The notes under the pieces were generated by a model. The model saw only the letters and a list, made by a program, of their open reading frames with translations, searched no databases and was not told the DNA's origin. A stretch of DNA of 33,823 bases from Jimgerdemannia flammicorona (taxonomy: Eukaryota): assembly GCA_003990765.1 (NCBI GenBank), contig RBNJ01000299.1, forward strand, positions 1 to 33,823. The letters run 5' to 3'. Every line of letters starts with the position of its first letter. The stretch's first letter is position 1. The position numbers and the translations under genes were made by a program. This document shows positions 10,300-21,999 of the stretch, one piece after another.

Positions 10300-13200
10300 C
10301 TACCTGGACCCTCTCTCCACTCTTCTTGCAAATACAGTTCACCAGATACTGATGGCTCCCCCCCCCCCAGTCTCTATCCTCTCTACTAACTATTCAAAAT
10401 GTCAAGTATTAACCATTCCCAATGTACTACCCTAGCTCCAACTTCAACCTACTGGCTCTTCTCAAAGATATAAAGCCAATGACTGGCCAGCCCTATCCAA
10501 ATTGCCAGGGCCCACTCCAAGGTCAACCATTCATTCCCAACCCCACCCACTAACCTACACCAGAGGTCCCCCCATCTCTCTCCTTCCCCTCCCACCAGGG
10601 GCTGCAATCTCAGTCTACTAGTAATACCATGCCAAAACTCCCACAAAACTTCATACTCTCCTAGCCAATGTTCAGATGTTTGTACCACTCCCCCCTCCTG
10701 GCCAATGTCTATGCATTCCTCATACTCAAACATGCTGTCCACCACCAAGTGCCCTGACTAATAGTTCAGCATCACATTCCATCTTAAGAATCTCCACCAT
10801 ATTACCCAGAACTTAGAAGAAAGCTACTGTATCACTTGCTTGCTCCAAAGCCAAATATCATTCTAGTCCCACTCCTTGCCAATCTCCACCCTTTGCCATA
10901 CCTCAGGCCACATGTCTCCCCTGAGCCTCTGCATACATTCTATTTCATCACTAAGCAGAAAATCCTCCACCAATATACCTCTCAGCAGTAGCTGGTCCCA
11001 TCTTCACATCTATGGTCCCCAGTCCTCCTCCTCCTCATCACCACTCCACTGAAGTCCAATTCTCCTTGCACTATCCACCACTCCCCACCAAAAGCCTTTG
11101 TAATACATCCTTCTGCTCCCATCCATGGCCACCATCACAAGTAGGTCACCAGTTACTCCATGAGGGGAGTATCAGACTTCTCACACCCTCTGCATGAGTG
11201 GCACCCACTCCTGGCCTCTTAACTTGCTTGCTCTCTTTAGCCACCATGCTCTTAGACAATATAGACACTTGGTAAAGTCTACTAAGCCCAGCCCACCTCT
11301 ATCAACAGGCAGAGTTAGAACCTTCCAGCCTATCTGACTATACTGCCCAGCCCAAATTCATGATCTTGCTATCTTTAGAAGTCACCTGACCACTCATGCC
11401 AGGAAGTCCAGATAATACCCCATATACCATAGCTTTGACAGCCAATATACATTCAGCACTATCACCCTTCCTACCAAGGATATATGCTGACTATCCTACC
11501 TCAAGAGAACATTCCCCCATACTAGTAGCCACTATTCCCACTATGCATAGAGCAGAAGGGACCCATATACTGAAAAGTAGATCCCCAAGTACTGGACTAG
11601 TTCTTCTGCTGGAACCATTGTTCCAATCACATTACCACCAACTATTCTGCTGCCTAGCACCAGAGTCTCACATTTGTGCTAGTTAAGTTTAGCACCTGAG
11701 CCCCTCTCATACCATTCTACAGTTCTCCTTAATTCCTCCATATCCTCTAATGAACCCAGTCCAACCACTATGTCATCTGCAAAAGCCCCCACCTTCCAGT
11801 TAATTCCCAAAATGTCCAAACTCCCAATTTGATGCCAGATCCTATCCAATAGGGGCTCTAAGGAAAGGGTATATATGTAGGATGGGTGACAAAGGATCCC
11901 CTTGTGGCACCCTATGACCTAGCAGAAAAGTCAAACCCCTGTGCCTATTTACTACCAATATTACTTGAATGTTTTCCAATTGACTGATTAATGACCTCCT
12001 GAACTCTGGGGAAACTTTCACATATTTCAGCACTCCCTCTAGCCAGACTCTCTTCACCCTATTATATACTTTCTTCTAATCCAAAAACACTAACCAGCCA
12101 TCAACCCTAGCTGCCTGAGCCCCTTCAATCACTCCATAGACTCAGGCAGTTCCATCTTGGATCAACTGACCACTAATAAATCCCCTCTGCTCCACTCCTA
12201 GTATCTGCTGAGCAATTCTCTGCAGCCTAGTCACTAAGATCTTCATCACCAGCTTGCAGTCTATGTTCAGGAGCATGATTAGCTATCAATTCTTCCAATC
12301 TTCTCTTCTCCCCTTATCCTTATAGAGCAAGAAGACCAGCCCTAGATGCTGCTCCCCAATTTAAGTTCCAGATTGAAGGACCTTATCACTCATCACTGTC
12401 ATCTCCTTCAATACCACCTCCACCCCAGCCATCTTCTTCCAAAAATCCCAGGGAAGCCTATCCTCTCCTGGAGTTGTCCCCTTACTTGTTGAAGCCAAGA
12501 CCACATATACTTCATCTCCCTGCACTGGGTCTCCTAGTGTCCCCAGGCCCAGGGCTGGGTCTGGATGCCAATTCTCCAACTGCCATTCAATGTTCTGGGC
12601 ATTCTCACTCTCTTCTTTGTCACTCCATAAATTCCCCCATTGAGTCCTCAGTAATCCCAAAATCTTAGAAGTCCCTGTCACCATCTCTCTATCCTCATCA
12701 AAAATACCATTCCACTGCTGTCTGATTCTCTGAGCTTAGAGAAATTATAAAAGAAATCTAGTGGGTCTCTCCCTCTCCTCCAACCCCTGCTACTGCAATC
12801 TCACCACCATCCCCTTCAGCTGAACCTCTTTCTTCATTTGTAACACTTTCTTTAGCTCATTGACTTCTTTTTATATCTGCAGAATTCACCAATCAGCTGC
12901 CCCCCAATCCTCCAGCAACCCTGCCCACCTCCCCAGAAGTGCCACCAATCTCTGTGAAGTCTACAGTACTTGCTACTATCACTGAACACTCCTTCCTTTC
13001 TCTGCCTCCCTTCAGTACCTCTGAGTACTTAATTTCAGCCATCACCAGTGATTCCCAATCACCAATCCCTGTTCTCTCTATCTACCAATCTTTGCAATAA
13101 CTTCCACCTCCCAGTCCATCTATAAGGAATCATCCTCTAATAAAGAAGAGTTCAGTTACCAATGTCCAGGCCCATCCCCACTTCCCCCAAATCTCCCACT

Positions 13201-13900
13201 TCCTATCAGACTCCAATTATCTGACCATGGGCACCAAACCACCTCCAATATATCTCAGACATTCACTCCCTAGCACTCTGCCATCAACATCCAGTTGATC
13301 CTAAAGCCCAGACCTGTCATCTAGTGAGTATAAATTCAGTACTCCACCCAAAACTATTGCCCTGAGTCAACTAAGGAGCTCAACCTCTCAATCTCTATTC
13401 AATCATCTAACCCACCACTTCTGTCTCTCATTCCTCTCCCACTATCAGTTCTATCTACCCTATTATTACATACTACATATGTTAAAATCATCCCCCAGGT
13501 AATCAATTCCTACCTCACCCATAACACTAGCCTCTCTCAAGTCTCTGATCCAATCTATATATTTCTCTCTCTCAGCTGGGCAATAATATGACTCAATAGT
13601 CAAAGAGTTCCACCCAGGTCTCTTCTATACTCCCTATACCAACCTACTCTCCCAATGTCCAATATCCCCAATGTCCCTCATCTCCTTTTGAACCAGAATG
13701 CCCACCTGCCCAGTCCATATAGCTGCCCCACCCCATTCTCTAGTCTAGTCCTGTAAGTCTATGTCTATCTCATATTGCACATCCTATAGTAAGAAGAGAT
13801 CTGCATCCAGTCCCTTCAACCAGCCAAATATATTCCTGCACCATACTGCTCCCCTCAACCCATTCACATTCAAAGAAAAGATTCTAGTTGTACTGTTCAT
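10300..13900 (-). pseudogene. LINE copy 2 ORF2 (APE-RT-CCHC), many stops
   Basis: ATG at 13900. Motifs: GERPTRF, PGEDRLPWDFW, LLNIDCKL, VPQGDPLSP, GAFADD (~11773-11790). FEYEEC...QTSEHWLGEY is a decayed CCHC finger (~10650-10730). 3' end approximate. Confidence 0.9.
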
Positions 13901-13931
13901 ATTAAATAATGTTTAATATTGAGAACCCAGT

Positions 13932-15836
13932 CTAGAATTCTATACTTATGTATCTCATCACCAGTAAGATCCAAGCACTACTCTGCCTCCAACTCACTCT
14001 CTGCTACAGCCTGAGTATCTAGTGCTTCCAAGATTTCCTGACACTCCACCCCATCCACAACCTCCATTTCTGCTCAATAATCCATACATACCACTCTCTA
14101 CTTCTCCAACCCCTTTCTTGAATTCCATAAGTATACTATCTAGTCATTTGTAATCTCTTGAAAGATCTCCTCCTTCTGATCATCTACTTGATATTCCTCT
14201 GACTCCAAGAGCACCACCAGGATCTCATTTCTAATCTTCCTCGGCACCTTCTCCCTATGGAGAATTTCCTCCCAATGCCTATCACTTAGGACCTGGAAGT
14301 TCTCTCTCCCTAGCTCCTCAGCCACCACCTCCTTCAGAGTCTTCTATAGCTACTTCTCTTCATCCACTACCTCAGCAACACTCTGAGCAACTTCTTTGAT
14401 CTCCACCACAGAGTCCACCAAGGTGCTCCTCCTCCCCGACTCATCCCACTCCTCCTCCAATATATCTAGTAATTTCTCCTCCCCACCTGCCCTGCTCAGG
14501 ATACCATACTGAGGGTGGACTTTCTTACCCATTTCAGTATTCTCCACCATGCTGCCCAGTCCCTCCTCACTCGATCCATCCTGGGCTACATCCTGAGTCA
14601 TCCCATGCTCCTCTGCCCAAGCACTCTCTATCAGTCTGGCACCCCCTTCTCCTGCACTACTGCCTGCCACACCCCCTCCCAACTTCTCCAACAGCTCCTT
14701 CTAGATTCATCTCTCCTGCACCTTCTCCCAGGTCACCTAGTCCATCCTGATCTTCTTTCCATCCACAATCTCTACCACCATCTTGGCTTCATACTTCTTC
14801 CAAGTCAATCTCCTCCTCTCTACTACTCCTGCCAGATCCTCAAGAGCCTCCAGTAAGTCCTTCTCTTCCTCTGGTATCTTCTTCACCTGTGAAACCTTGC
14901 ATTCAACTGATCCCCACTTAAGGGTTACTGGCCAATCCCTTGTCTTCCCAGTATTCTCTCTCTCAGTCAGTCTCATCCTGATGTTGACATCTCTCATCTG
15001 GAGTTCAGTATCCTCCCAGACTCTGAACCTGATGTCCATGATTTCTCCATATTCCTTGACCACCTCCACAATCAACTCTCTGCCCTTCTCTCTTGACACT
15101 ATAGGAAGATTCAACACCATCAACTACACCACTCAGAAGTTCCAGCACATGCACCTGGCCATAGGGACTACTACTTCACCCACTACTACTCTCTTCTCCA
15201 CAGTCTCCAACAATGATGCCTCTTCCTTAAATCCAACCTCAATCCCTTCTTTCCCCTTCAAGAACTTTACTGTAGCTGCCCCCTTCACCTCCTGCACCAC
15301 TAGCCCCAAAATCATCCTTGCAGTTATCACTAAGCCTCAGAAGCACAATGTGATGGTGAATTCTGACCTTGACTTTTTGAGTAATAGTGCTGACACCATA
15401 CCAGTCATACTATCTGCCAGGTCCCCAGGCCTCATATCCTCCCCCTGTCCTGATCTGCCAACAACTATCACATTTGGATTTTTTTCCAGATCTCCAGTTA
15501 CAGCTCCATCAGCAGTCACATACTTAGCCTCTACTCCCCCCCCCCTATGGGGGCCCCTCTCTGTCCTCCAACTGAAGCCATTGATGCCTTCTCCAGTCCC
15601 AACCAACTATCCAGACCAGATGCCATTCTCCCCATCTTGACCTTGTCAGCAAGGGTCATCCTTCTCTCTCCTTGTTGCCTCAATCTGCCCCTTCCTCTAC
15701 CACCAATACTATGGCCAACCATAGAAGGCTCTGGCATCCCCAAACCATCTCCCTGCCTCCTCCCTACATACTGCCAGTTGAAGGCACTACTGTTCCCCTG
15801 GCCAATATACTTACTAGCATATTCATTGCTGTCTAT
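13932..15836 (-). pseudogene. LINE copy 2 ORF1, disrupted
   Basis: Fragments align with 525-2444. The start codon is mutated ATG>ATA and there are multiple stops. Confidence 0.9.
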
Positions 15837-15923
15837 ATTGATAGTCTCCTTTTACCAAAAACATTGCAGAAAGTGTTGTCTAAATCTTGTATTACCTAAA
15901 TGTTATCAGTGAAAGTTATAATA

Positions 15924-15939
15924 CAAGGCCCCTCAGTCC
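15924..15939 (+). repeat. Target-site duplication, right copy
   Basis: Matches 10126-10141 and sits immediately after the point where similarity to LINE copy 1 ends. Confidence 0.85.
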
Positions 15940-16495
15940 AGGAAAGGATATTCCAAGACATCTAAAGAGCCATAAGGACCTGTACCACAAGGACTCCTAG
16001 TGTCAATCTGGATACTAGTAATCCTTATCATTATATTCTCTACCATCATGAGATAGAAACAAGAATCACCATTACTACTAAATGTCTCCAGATGTGGCAA
16101 TAATATGAAATAGGAAACCTCCTCTGCCAGAAATTCCCTCAAGCCAGCTCTCAAGAGCTACAAGATACCACTCCCATAGATATATGTGAAATAAAGACAG
16201 CTAAGAAGATTCATCAAATCTTCAGGCATACACCATGATCAATCCCCAACTTGGAGTATATCAGAGTCTCAGACTTCAGGGATCTGTCAGCCTATTGTAT
16301 CAATGCACTAGAAGCTATAGTAGCTATAGAGGTCCAGTCTACTATCACTCTCAATAGTGATGAGATAGAAGAGTTCTGGTATCTCATTCTCCAGAATAAC
16401 CCAGATCAGTTCCTATAAGGATTAATCTCAGCATTCCAAGGCCCCAGCATCCAGATTAGACCTCTCCAAGACCCCACATTTGTCTCTTATTTTAT

Positions 16496-16504
16496 GGAAG
16501 AGAA
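16496..16504 (+). promoter_or_regulatory. Polypurine tract
   Basis: GGAAGAGAA lies directly before the TG start of the 3' LTR. Confidence 0.7.
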
Positions 16505-17189
16505 TGTTATAGATTGGAGAGCACTGCCAAATGTGATGATATCATTGGCGATAACATCATCTCATATGACATATGTAAAATGTGTGACCTATATGATGAG
16601 ACAGATGAAACATTCATAGATCTCATCTCCTTCAGTAATGATGAGGATGAAGTCCCCATAGTCCTGAACATCCTGCTTTAAAGTTCTTAGTGATACTAAA
16701 TTCTGCCAGCATTCTTTTTCCATATAACAGTTAATCCTTCCACTGGTATTCTGATCTTGTATAACTCAGAATTCTTCCAGTATCCTTTTCCTGTATCACC
16801 AAATTCTACCAGCACCCTGAACTTGTGCAACTATCTGTACCAATACTAGAATCTGTACTGACAACTGTAGTTTTCTGTGTTCCAGTATTTTATTTGGTTA
16901 TTGGAATTTATATTTGGCTTTATATCTTAGCAACCATTGAATTATATTTTGTATAAATACCCCTCTTATTTCCTTAAAAATAAAGTCAGTTCTAGTTCAC
17001 TTACCCTCAATTCCACACAAGCAATCTAAGAGATAATAAGACAGTTTAAAGATAAGGAGTTTGAGGACTATAAGACCTTAGGAAGACACTCCAATAAGAA
17101 CTTGCTTATAACAAACTTGAGTTAGTCTAAGAGATATACTTTAAAGAGAATCTGATATATTTGAAGAACTCAGTGACCACTACATGACA
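16505..17189 (+). repeat. 3' LTR (685 bp)
   Basis: TGTTATA...CATGACA is consistent with an ancestral TGTCACG...CGTGACA inverted terminus. It follows the PPT and matches the 5' LTR from 16576. Confidence 0.92.
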
Positions 17190-17487
17190 ATACTTATGAC
17201 ATGGTGATTTTGTATATTGGAGATCCTAGGATGTGTTCCCTTAACACATATTTTTGAGTGTCACACCAATATTTATTCAGCAGTACTTTAAACGGTTTAC
17301 TTTTTATTCAGAAGTATGTGCTCTGTTATTAATAAAATTTGTCTATAGGAGGCAATAGGAACTCAGTTTTGTGAACCCATAGTAAAGCAAATCTGATTTC
17401 CTGTCCTCATTTGGCAGTAGGCCATCAATGTGCCTTTTAATTCCGGCCTAGCTTACCCTCATAACAATCTCCATTACTCCATCGCAG

Positions 17488-17899
17488 GCATCTCCGCTGC
17501 CCTTATCCAATCACCTTCAGCAGAATGGACATCCTTCAAGATCACCTCAAGTTGGAAACTCACGACAGCCTCATCAAATGGCACCTAGTACAAAACGACA
17601 CATTGATCGATGGAAGCACATCCCACCACACAACCACCCTTCAATCTTATTGTAACCCGCGGCTTCATGAAAATATACACACCCCCTTCGATGTCCTCCA
17701 AGCGTTCACCAACATAGAAACCATTCCCGGCGTACACGCAGATGACGACGTCATTGACCAAAGAATGTTCAATCCAGGGCCGACTTCTCCGTATCCTAGT
17801 CAACATCTCCCTGCTTCTCATGCCGACGGTGCGTCACAACCGCTGACCACAAACACCACCCTCACACCAATAGCTGCACGCGGCACGTATACGTCGTGA
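17488..17899 (+). CDS. Probable terminal exon of a C2H2-type zinc-finger gene; 5' part not identifiable
   Basis: After a CAG acceptor at 17485-17487 the frame reads HLRCPYPITFSRMDILQDHLKLETH (C..FSRxDxLxxHx5H), then a Pro/Thr-rich tail to TGA at 17899. Confidence 0.4.
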
Positions 17900-18329
17900 G
17901 TTGTCCACCCACAGAACCTGTCCGGTGAGCCTATCGTGTGCGCCACCCTGGTAGGGAGTCCCTGTGCGCCGGTGTCGGATCATGCGAACTTCGAGATCTT
18001 GCATTGGCCAGCTTTCCTCTTTTTCTTGGTTGTATTTTATGAAGTAAACTGTAGGTTCACATATGGGCAACTACAAACAATTCATAAACAACTTTTCACA
18101 ACAAAAAAACACCTACTTCTGATGTGAATGGTATCTGCAGAGAATGCATGGGTCCGAGTGTCGACGGGGTTAACACCGACAAGGGTTCTGGTGTGAAACT
18201 TTGATGAGGGGCGGTGAAAGAAGATAACAGCGGTGGCGATCTCGTATTACGACAGGATGCCGCATTTCTTGGCTGTCGGTCGGAGTGCGGTGGGCACGTC
18301 CTTCGATGGGATCTTGTAGGCGGCTGGCA

Positions 18330-19513
18330 TCGCTTAGTTCTAAGTCGAGGTTGGAGTCGGTGTCGTTTCAGTCCTTTAAGAATAAAATGAGCTCGTTGCG
18401 ATAACCTAAGGAAGAGCATAGGTCTTCTGGATACCATCGTGCTCCTTTAGATATTGCAGATAGCGGTCGACTCCATAGCGCTTTCCGTCCCTGACAATAT
18501 AGTAAAGCTGCTCGAGAGCCTTCCCTATGACCTCCTCTGAGTCGGACTGATCATTGCATAAACCGTCGATGATAGTAGAATAGGTATTGTCTCCGAGACA
18601 AACCATATTATATTTTTTGCAACGAGCGCACGGGACACCCCCATGACATCCCTTGGCTCTCATTTTGCACCAACTGCATGCCTTGCCCCGGCGCAACCCT
18701 TTCCATTTTCTTCATGGAGATGTGGCGAGGACACCGCCTCTTTCCGCGCCGACAATCCGAGCTTTATTATATTTAGGCGGCGTTTCGACGGATAATGTGG
18801 TCGATTCTTGCGTCGCATCAATTTTAGGAGAAAGTGCTGAGGGAGTATTTTCGATTGCGATAGTTGGTAATTGACTTTGTGTAACTTCGTCGACTTGACA
18901 GACCATTCAAGGCATAGCAGCAAAAAGGTCTTTGCCAAATATACTGGAGTTAAGGGCATCCTCCACGGTTGTGCTGCTGAAATTGGGATCTCCGTGGTTG
19001 TGTTGATTGATTCCCTCCATATAAATCTCACTGAGAGCGACGCTGTCACCGGGTATGTCGAAATGGAGGTCGAGTTCATCTTTGTCGAAGATCTTCGCCG
19101 AAGAATTAGAATAAATTGGTATCTCCGTGGTGGCATTGGTTGGATGCCTCACCGAGTGCGCTTAGTGAGAAATCGATGTTGGGATCAGATTCAGCGATGT
19201 CGTGACTGAGTATGTCGGAGGGATCTTCATGATGATATTAGTTGAATTCCTCACCGAGTACGCTTGGTGAGTTGTCGATGTTGGATCAGAGTCTGGTATG
19301 TCGGAATGTGAGTCGGTTTTATCTTTGTCAAAATTGTCGAAATCGGAGAACGTGTTGAGGTCCACTTCGCCAGTGTTCATCAAAGGTGCCGTAAATTTTA
19401 CCATCCAGGATGCTGAGATCTAGCTCGATGTCTGATTGGGCTTGGATATGAGTTGCGTCGCTAGTATGTTGGGCTTGGAGGACGTCCTCAGTGCCGAAGA
19501 GAGCTAGACACAC
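18330..19513 (-). pseudogene. Zn2Cys6/acidic-repeat family paralogue A (frameshifts and a stop)
   Basis: Fragments align with the intact copy. The cluster CSWCKMRAKGCHGGVPCARCKKYNMVC is intact. The start position is GTG. Confidence 0.88.
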
Positions 19514-20643
19514 CGGACAGGTGCAGAGGATGCAGGAGGTTTTGAAATGAGAAGACGTTGTTTTGATAGAGGGATCAAATGGAGGAAAGATATGAATTGT
19601 TGGCGAGGTACACTCCTCCTGGCGCTCAAAGTCCAAGTGCGAGCTTCTCAAGTATCTCGTGTGCGCCATAAACACCTGCGACTTTATGTCTCGGCATGCG
19701 CTATCGACAAATAAATGAATGCATTAAATAGATGAATTTCGGTGATTAATACAAAGAAGATAAAAGAAAAGAAACACGGTGAATCTCGCATTTGATCGCT
19801 CTCCAGTATTGTTTGACATAATGAATCTCCATCTTCTATGTTTTGAATTCAAAGCATCTACTTTTTCGCTTAAGCAAAAAAAAAAAAAAAAAAAAAAGCT
19901 GATCATGTATAACCTCACCATTTCTGTCCGATACAAGATTTCCTGTTAAATTATTGTAGTTCCAAGCCGAGATTCGACAAAATTGTGGTTCTAAACTGGA
20001 ATTCGACAAATCCCATGACCTGCAGCCAAGTACGTGGTCGTATTTATTACTACTACTAAGCAAATTTTGATCACAGTTCAGGCAACACCTTCGAGCTTTC
20101 GTGTGCGCCACAAACACCTGCGATTTATGAATTTGTGTCAGCTCATTAGTCTATACCCACCCTGGCAACCCAGGCCTTTGGGCTGATTACAAGATCCCAG
20201 ACTTGTTTACGATCACATGGTGAGCGCCCTCATTGGATCATCCTAGCCCAAAACTGGACCGCGGGTTTCATCAAGGCCGCGGTACGCGCACTGCACTTGG
20301 AACCCAGTGATCCGATGTAATTACCCCACCCCGTCTCGATGAACGCTGCTGCGGCATGCGTACTTTTCCGGTCAGCGAATGGCCAATACCATAACCTCGA
20401 CTTCCATGCCCGGCGTAACTGAGAAGTGATAGACGCCAGCCAAGCCAGCATCTAACAATACTCTCGGCTCCAACAAACATACTCTCCCGCCTCTAACATG
20501 CTCTCCCACCCTGCACATGACCGGTGCGTCATTTAAGGAATTCGCACAAATCGCTCTTCATGCGTCATTGCTTTGGAACATACTATTTATTGGAAAATAT
20601 TTATCAACATCTTGCACATCGCCGTCAAAGGGTATAGAAAAAG

Positions 20644-20688
<45 letters not shown>

Positions 20689-20756
20689 AGAAAAGAAAAG
20701 AAAACTACACACACGACACTCAAAAAAATGAATAATTTCTTTCAAGGGGATAAATC

Positions 20757-21737
20757 CTAGACCTTAGCAACGTCGTTTTCAATGCTTGAATAAATTTTCC
20801 TAACGTGAACCACGGTGGCCATGGCTGGCAACCACAACCTTTTCGCATACCCCTCATATGTTTCATCTTCGAGTATATCCATGACCGTATTCCCGTCGGC
20901 AACCGGATGTTTGTTCAAGTGTTCATGTAAGCGGCGCAAGGCGCGGGTGGCGGACTCGCTGGGACTGGAGGCTGTTTGCTTAAGATCGCGAAGAAACGTG
21001 TCGATGAGTTCCACCAAGCCGAGCCAGTAGTCGCTAAAGAGGACGAGCTCGTCGGTCAGGGTTTGCAGACTGCTCGTGATATTGCCAACGATTTGGGTTG
21101 CACCGTCGTAGTCCACGTTTTGGATATCGATACACTCAGCCTGGAACCCGTTGACACCTGCACCGATCCCGGTTCCGATGGAGACGGCGGAGCTGACGCC
21201 GAATACAACCATAGACAGGCCAAAGGTGAAGGGAGCGGCGATGAGGGAAGCAGCCGCGACGCCGGCGAAGGTACCGGCAACGATAGACTGATCCTTGTTG
21301 GCTTGCCTGTGGTGATTCTTCGCCTCGATGTCGTTCTTGAGCTCGCTCGCTTTGTGATGGAAATCAGTCTTGATAGCATTGAGCTCGGCAAAGAAGGACT
21401 TGAAGTGGTCGTTCGACCACTTGGCTTTCAGTTCATCCTCCAACCGACGTCCTTGTGTGATGAGGTCATCGAGAACATGAAGGCTTCTATGGATGGGATC
21501 CCCTGGCTGGAACGGTGTCAAATTTTCGATAACACTTTTGGCGTAGCATGCGCAGCGAGTGGCAACCGTGTCCGTTTCCGATAGCAAAGGAGAGAGACGG
21601 GACAAAGCAGGGCCGTGTTCGATATGGGCATTGTTGTAAAACGAATTGAGTTCGCTACAGCCATTGTAGAAGGCGGTGCGGGCCACCCTGATTCTTGCGA
21701 TATCAACTCCTGGGTCCGCGTTAGTCGAGAGTTTCAT
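20757..21737 (-). CDS. 326-aa intronless helical protein with a central Gly/Ala hydrophobic hairpin; Hbl/Nhe/ClyA- or ApoL-like pore-former candidate
   Basis: Clean ATG-to-stop ORF. A coiled coil precedes IVAGTFAGVAAASLIAAPFTFGLSMVVFGVSSAVSIGTGIGAGV, followed by an amphipathic helix ending FSDYWLGL. The gene call is strong; the family assignment is inference. Confidence 0.75.
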   Translation of the reverse strand: MKLSTNADPGVDIARIRVARTAFYNGCSELNSFYNNAHIEHGPALSRLSPLLSETDTVATRCACYAKSVIENLTPFQPGDPIHRSLHVLDDLITQGRRLEDELKAKWSNDHFKSFFAELNAIKTDFHHKASELKNDIEAKNHHRQANKDQSIVAGTFAGVAAASLIAAPFTFGLSMVVFGVSSAVSIGTGIGAGVNGFQAECIDIQNVDYDGATQIVGNITSSLQTLTDELVLFSDYWLGLVELIDTFLRDLKQTASSPSESATRALRRLHEHLNKHPVADGNTVMDILEDETYEGYAKRLWLPAMATVVHVRKIYSSIENDVAKV

Positions 21738-21999
21738 GGTAAAAGTGAAAGAGTGAAAGAAGGGTTAGTAATAGCCGAGATAGCGATAAACATTTCATCA
21801 TGTGACACTTCGTCAAAACGGTCATAATAATTAATTACTTGTAGCCACACTCGTAAGCTATAATTACTGTGCTTATGATTAGAAGATATGAGATAAGATA
21901 ATTATTATCCAACTTAATACTGACAAGTATGACGAAATAGACAAGATCATCGAGACATATTGATGCTTGACATCACCAGTGGCTTGGTGATTGAACTAC

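Larger units (their letters stand above)
10142..15923 (-). mobile_element. Full-length L1/Tx1-like LINE, copy 2, nested in the Gypsy 3' region and heavily mutated
   Basis: Poly(A) tail (T18 at 10142-10159), AATAAA on the minus strand at 10179-10184, flanking 16-bp TSD, and ORF1 and ORF2 remnants. Confidence 0.95.
3715..17189 (+). mobile_element. Ty3/Gypsy LTR retrotransposon, degenerate, dUTPase-bearing, interrupted by a LINE
   Basis: Paired LTRs, a TGG-initiated PBS, a PPT, and gag-PR-dUT-RT-RH-INT domain order with many stop codons. Confidence 0.96.

Noticed and set aside
20638..20686. A-tract as the retrogene poly(A) tail of the 326-aa gene
   Set aside because: The gene is on the minus strand, so the tract is poly(T) in sense orientation. 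Similar homopolymers are scattered throughout the window.
20976..21584. 202-aa + strand ORF
   Set aside because: Antisense to the 326-aa gene with no ATG start; a shadow ORF of GC-rich coding DNA.
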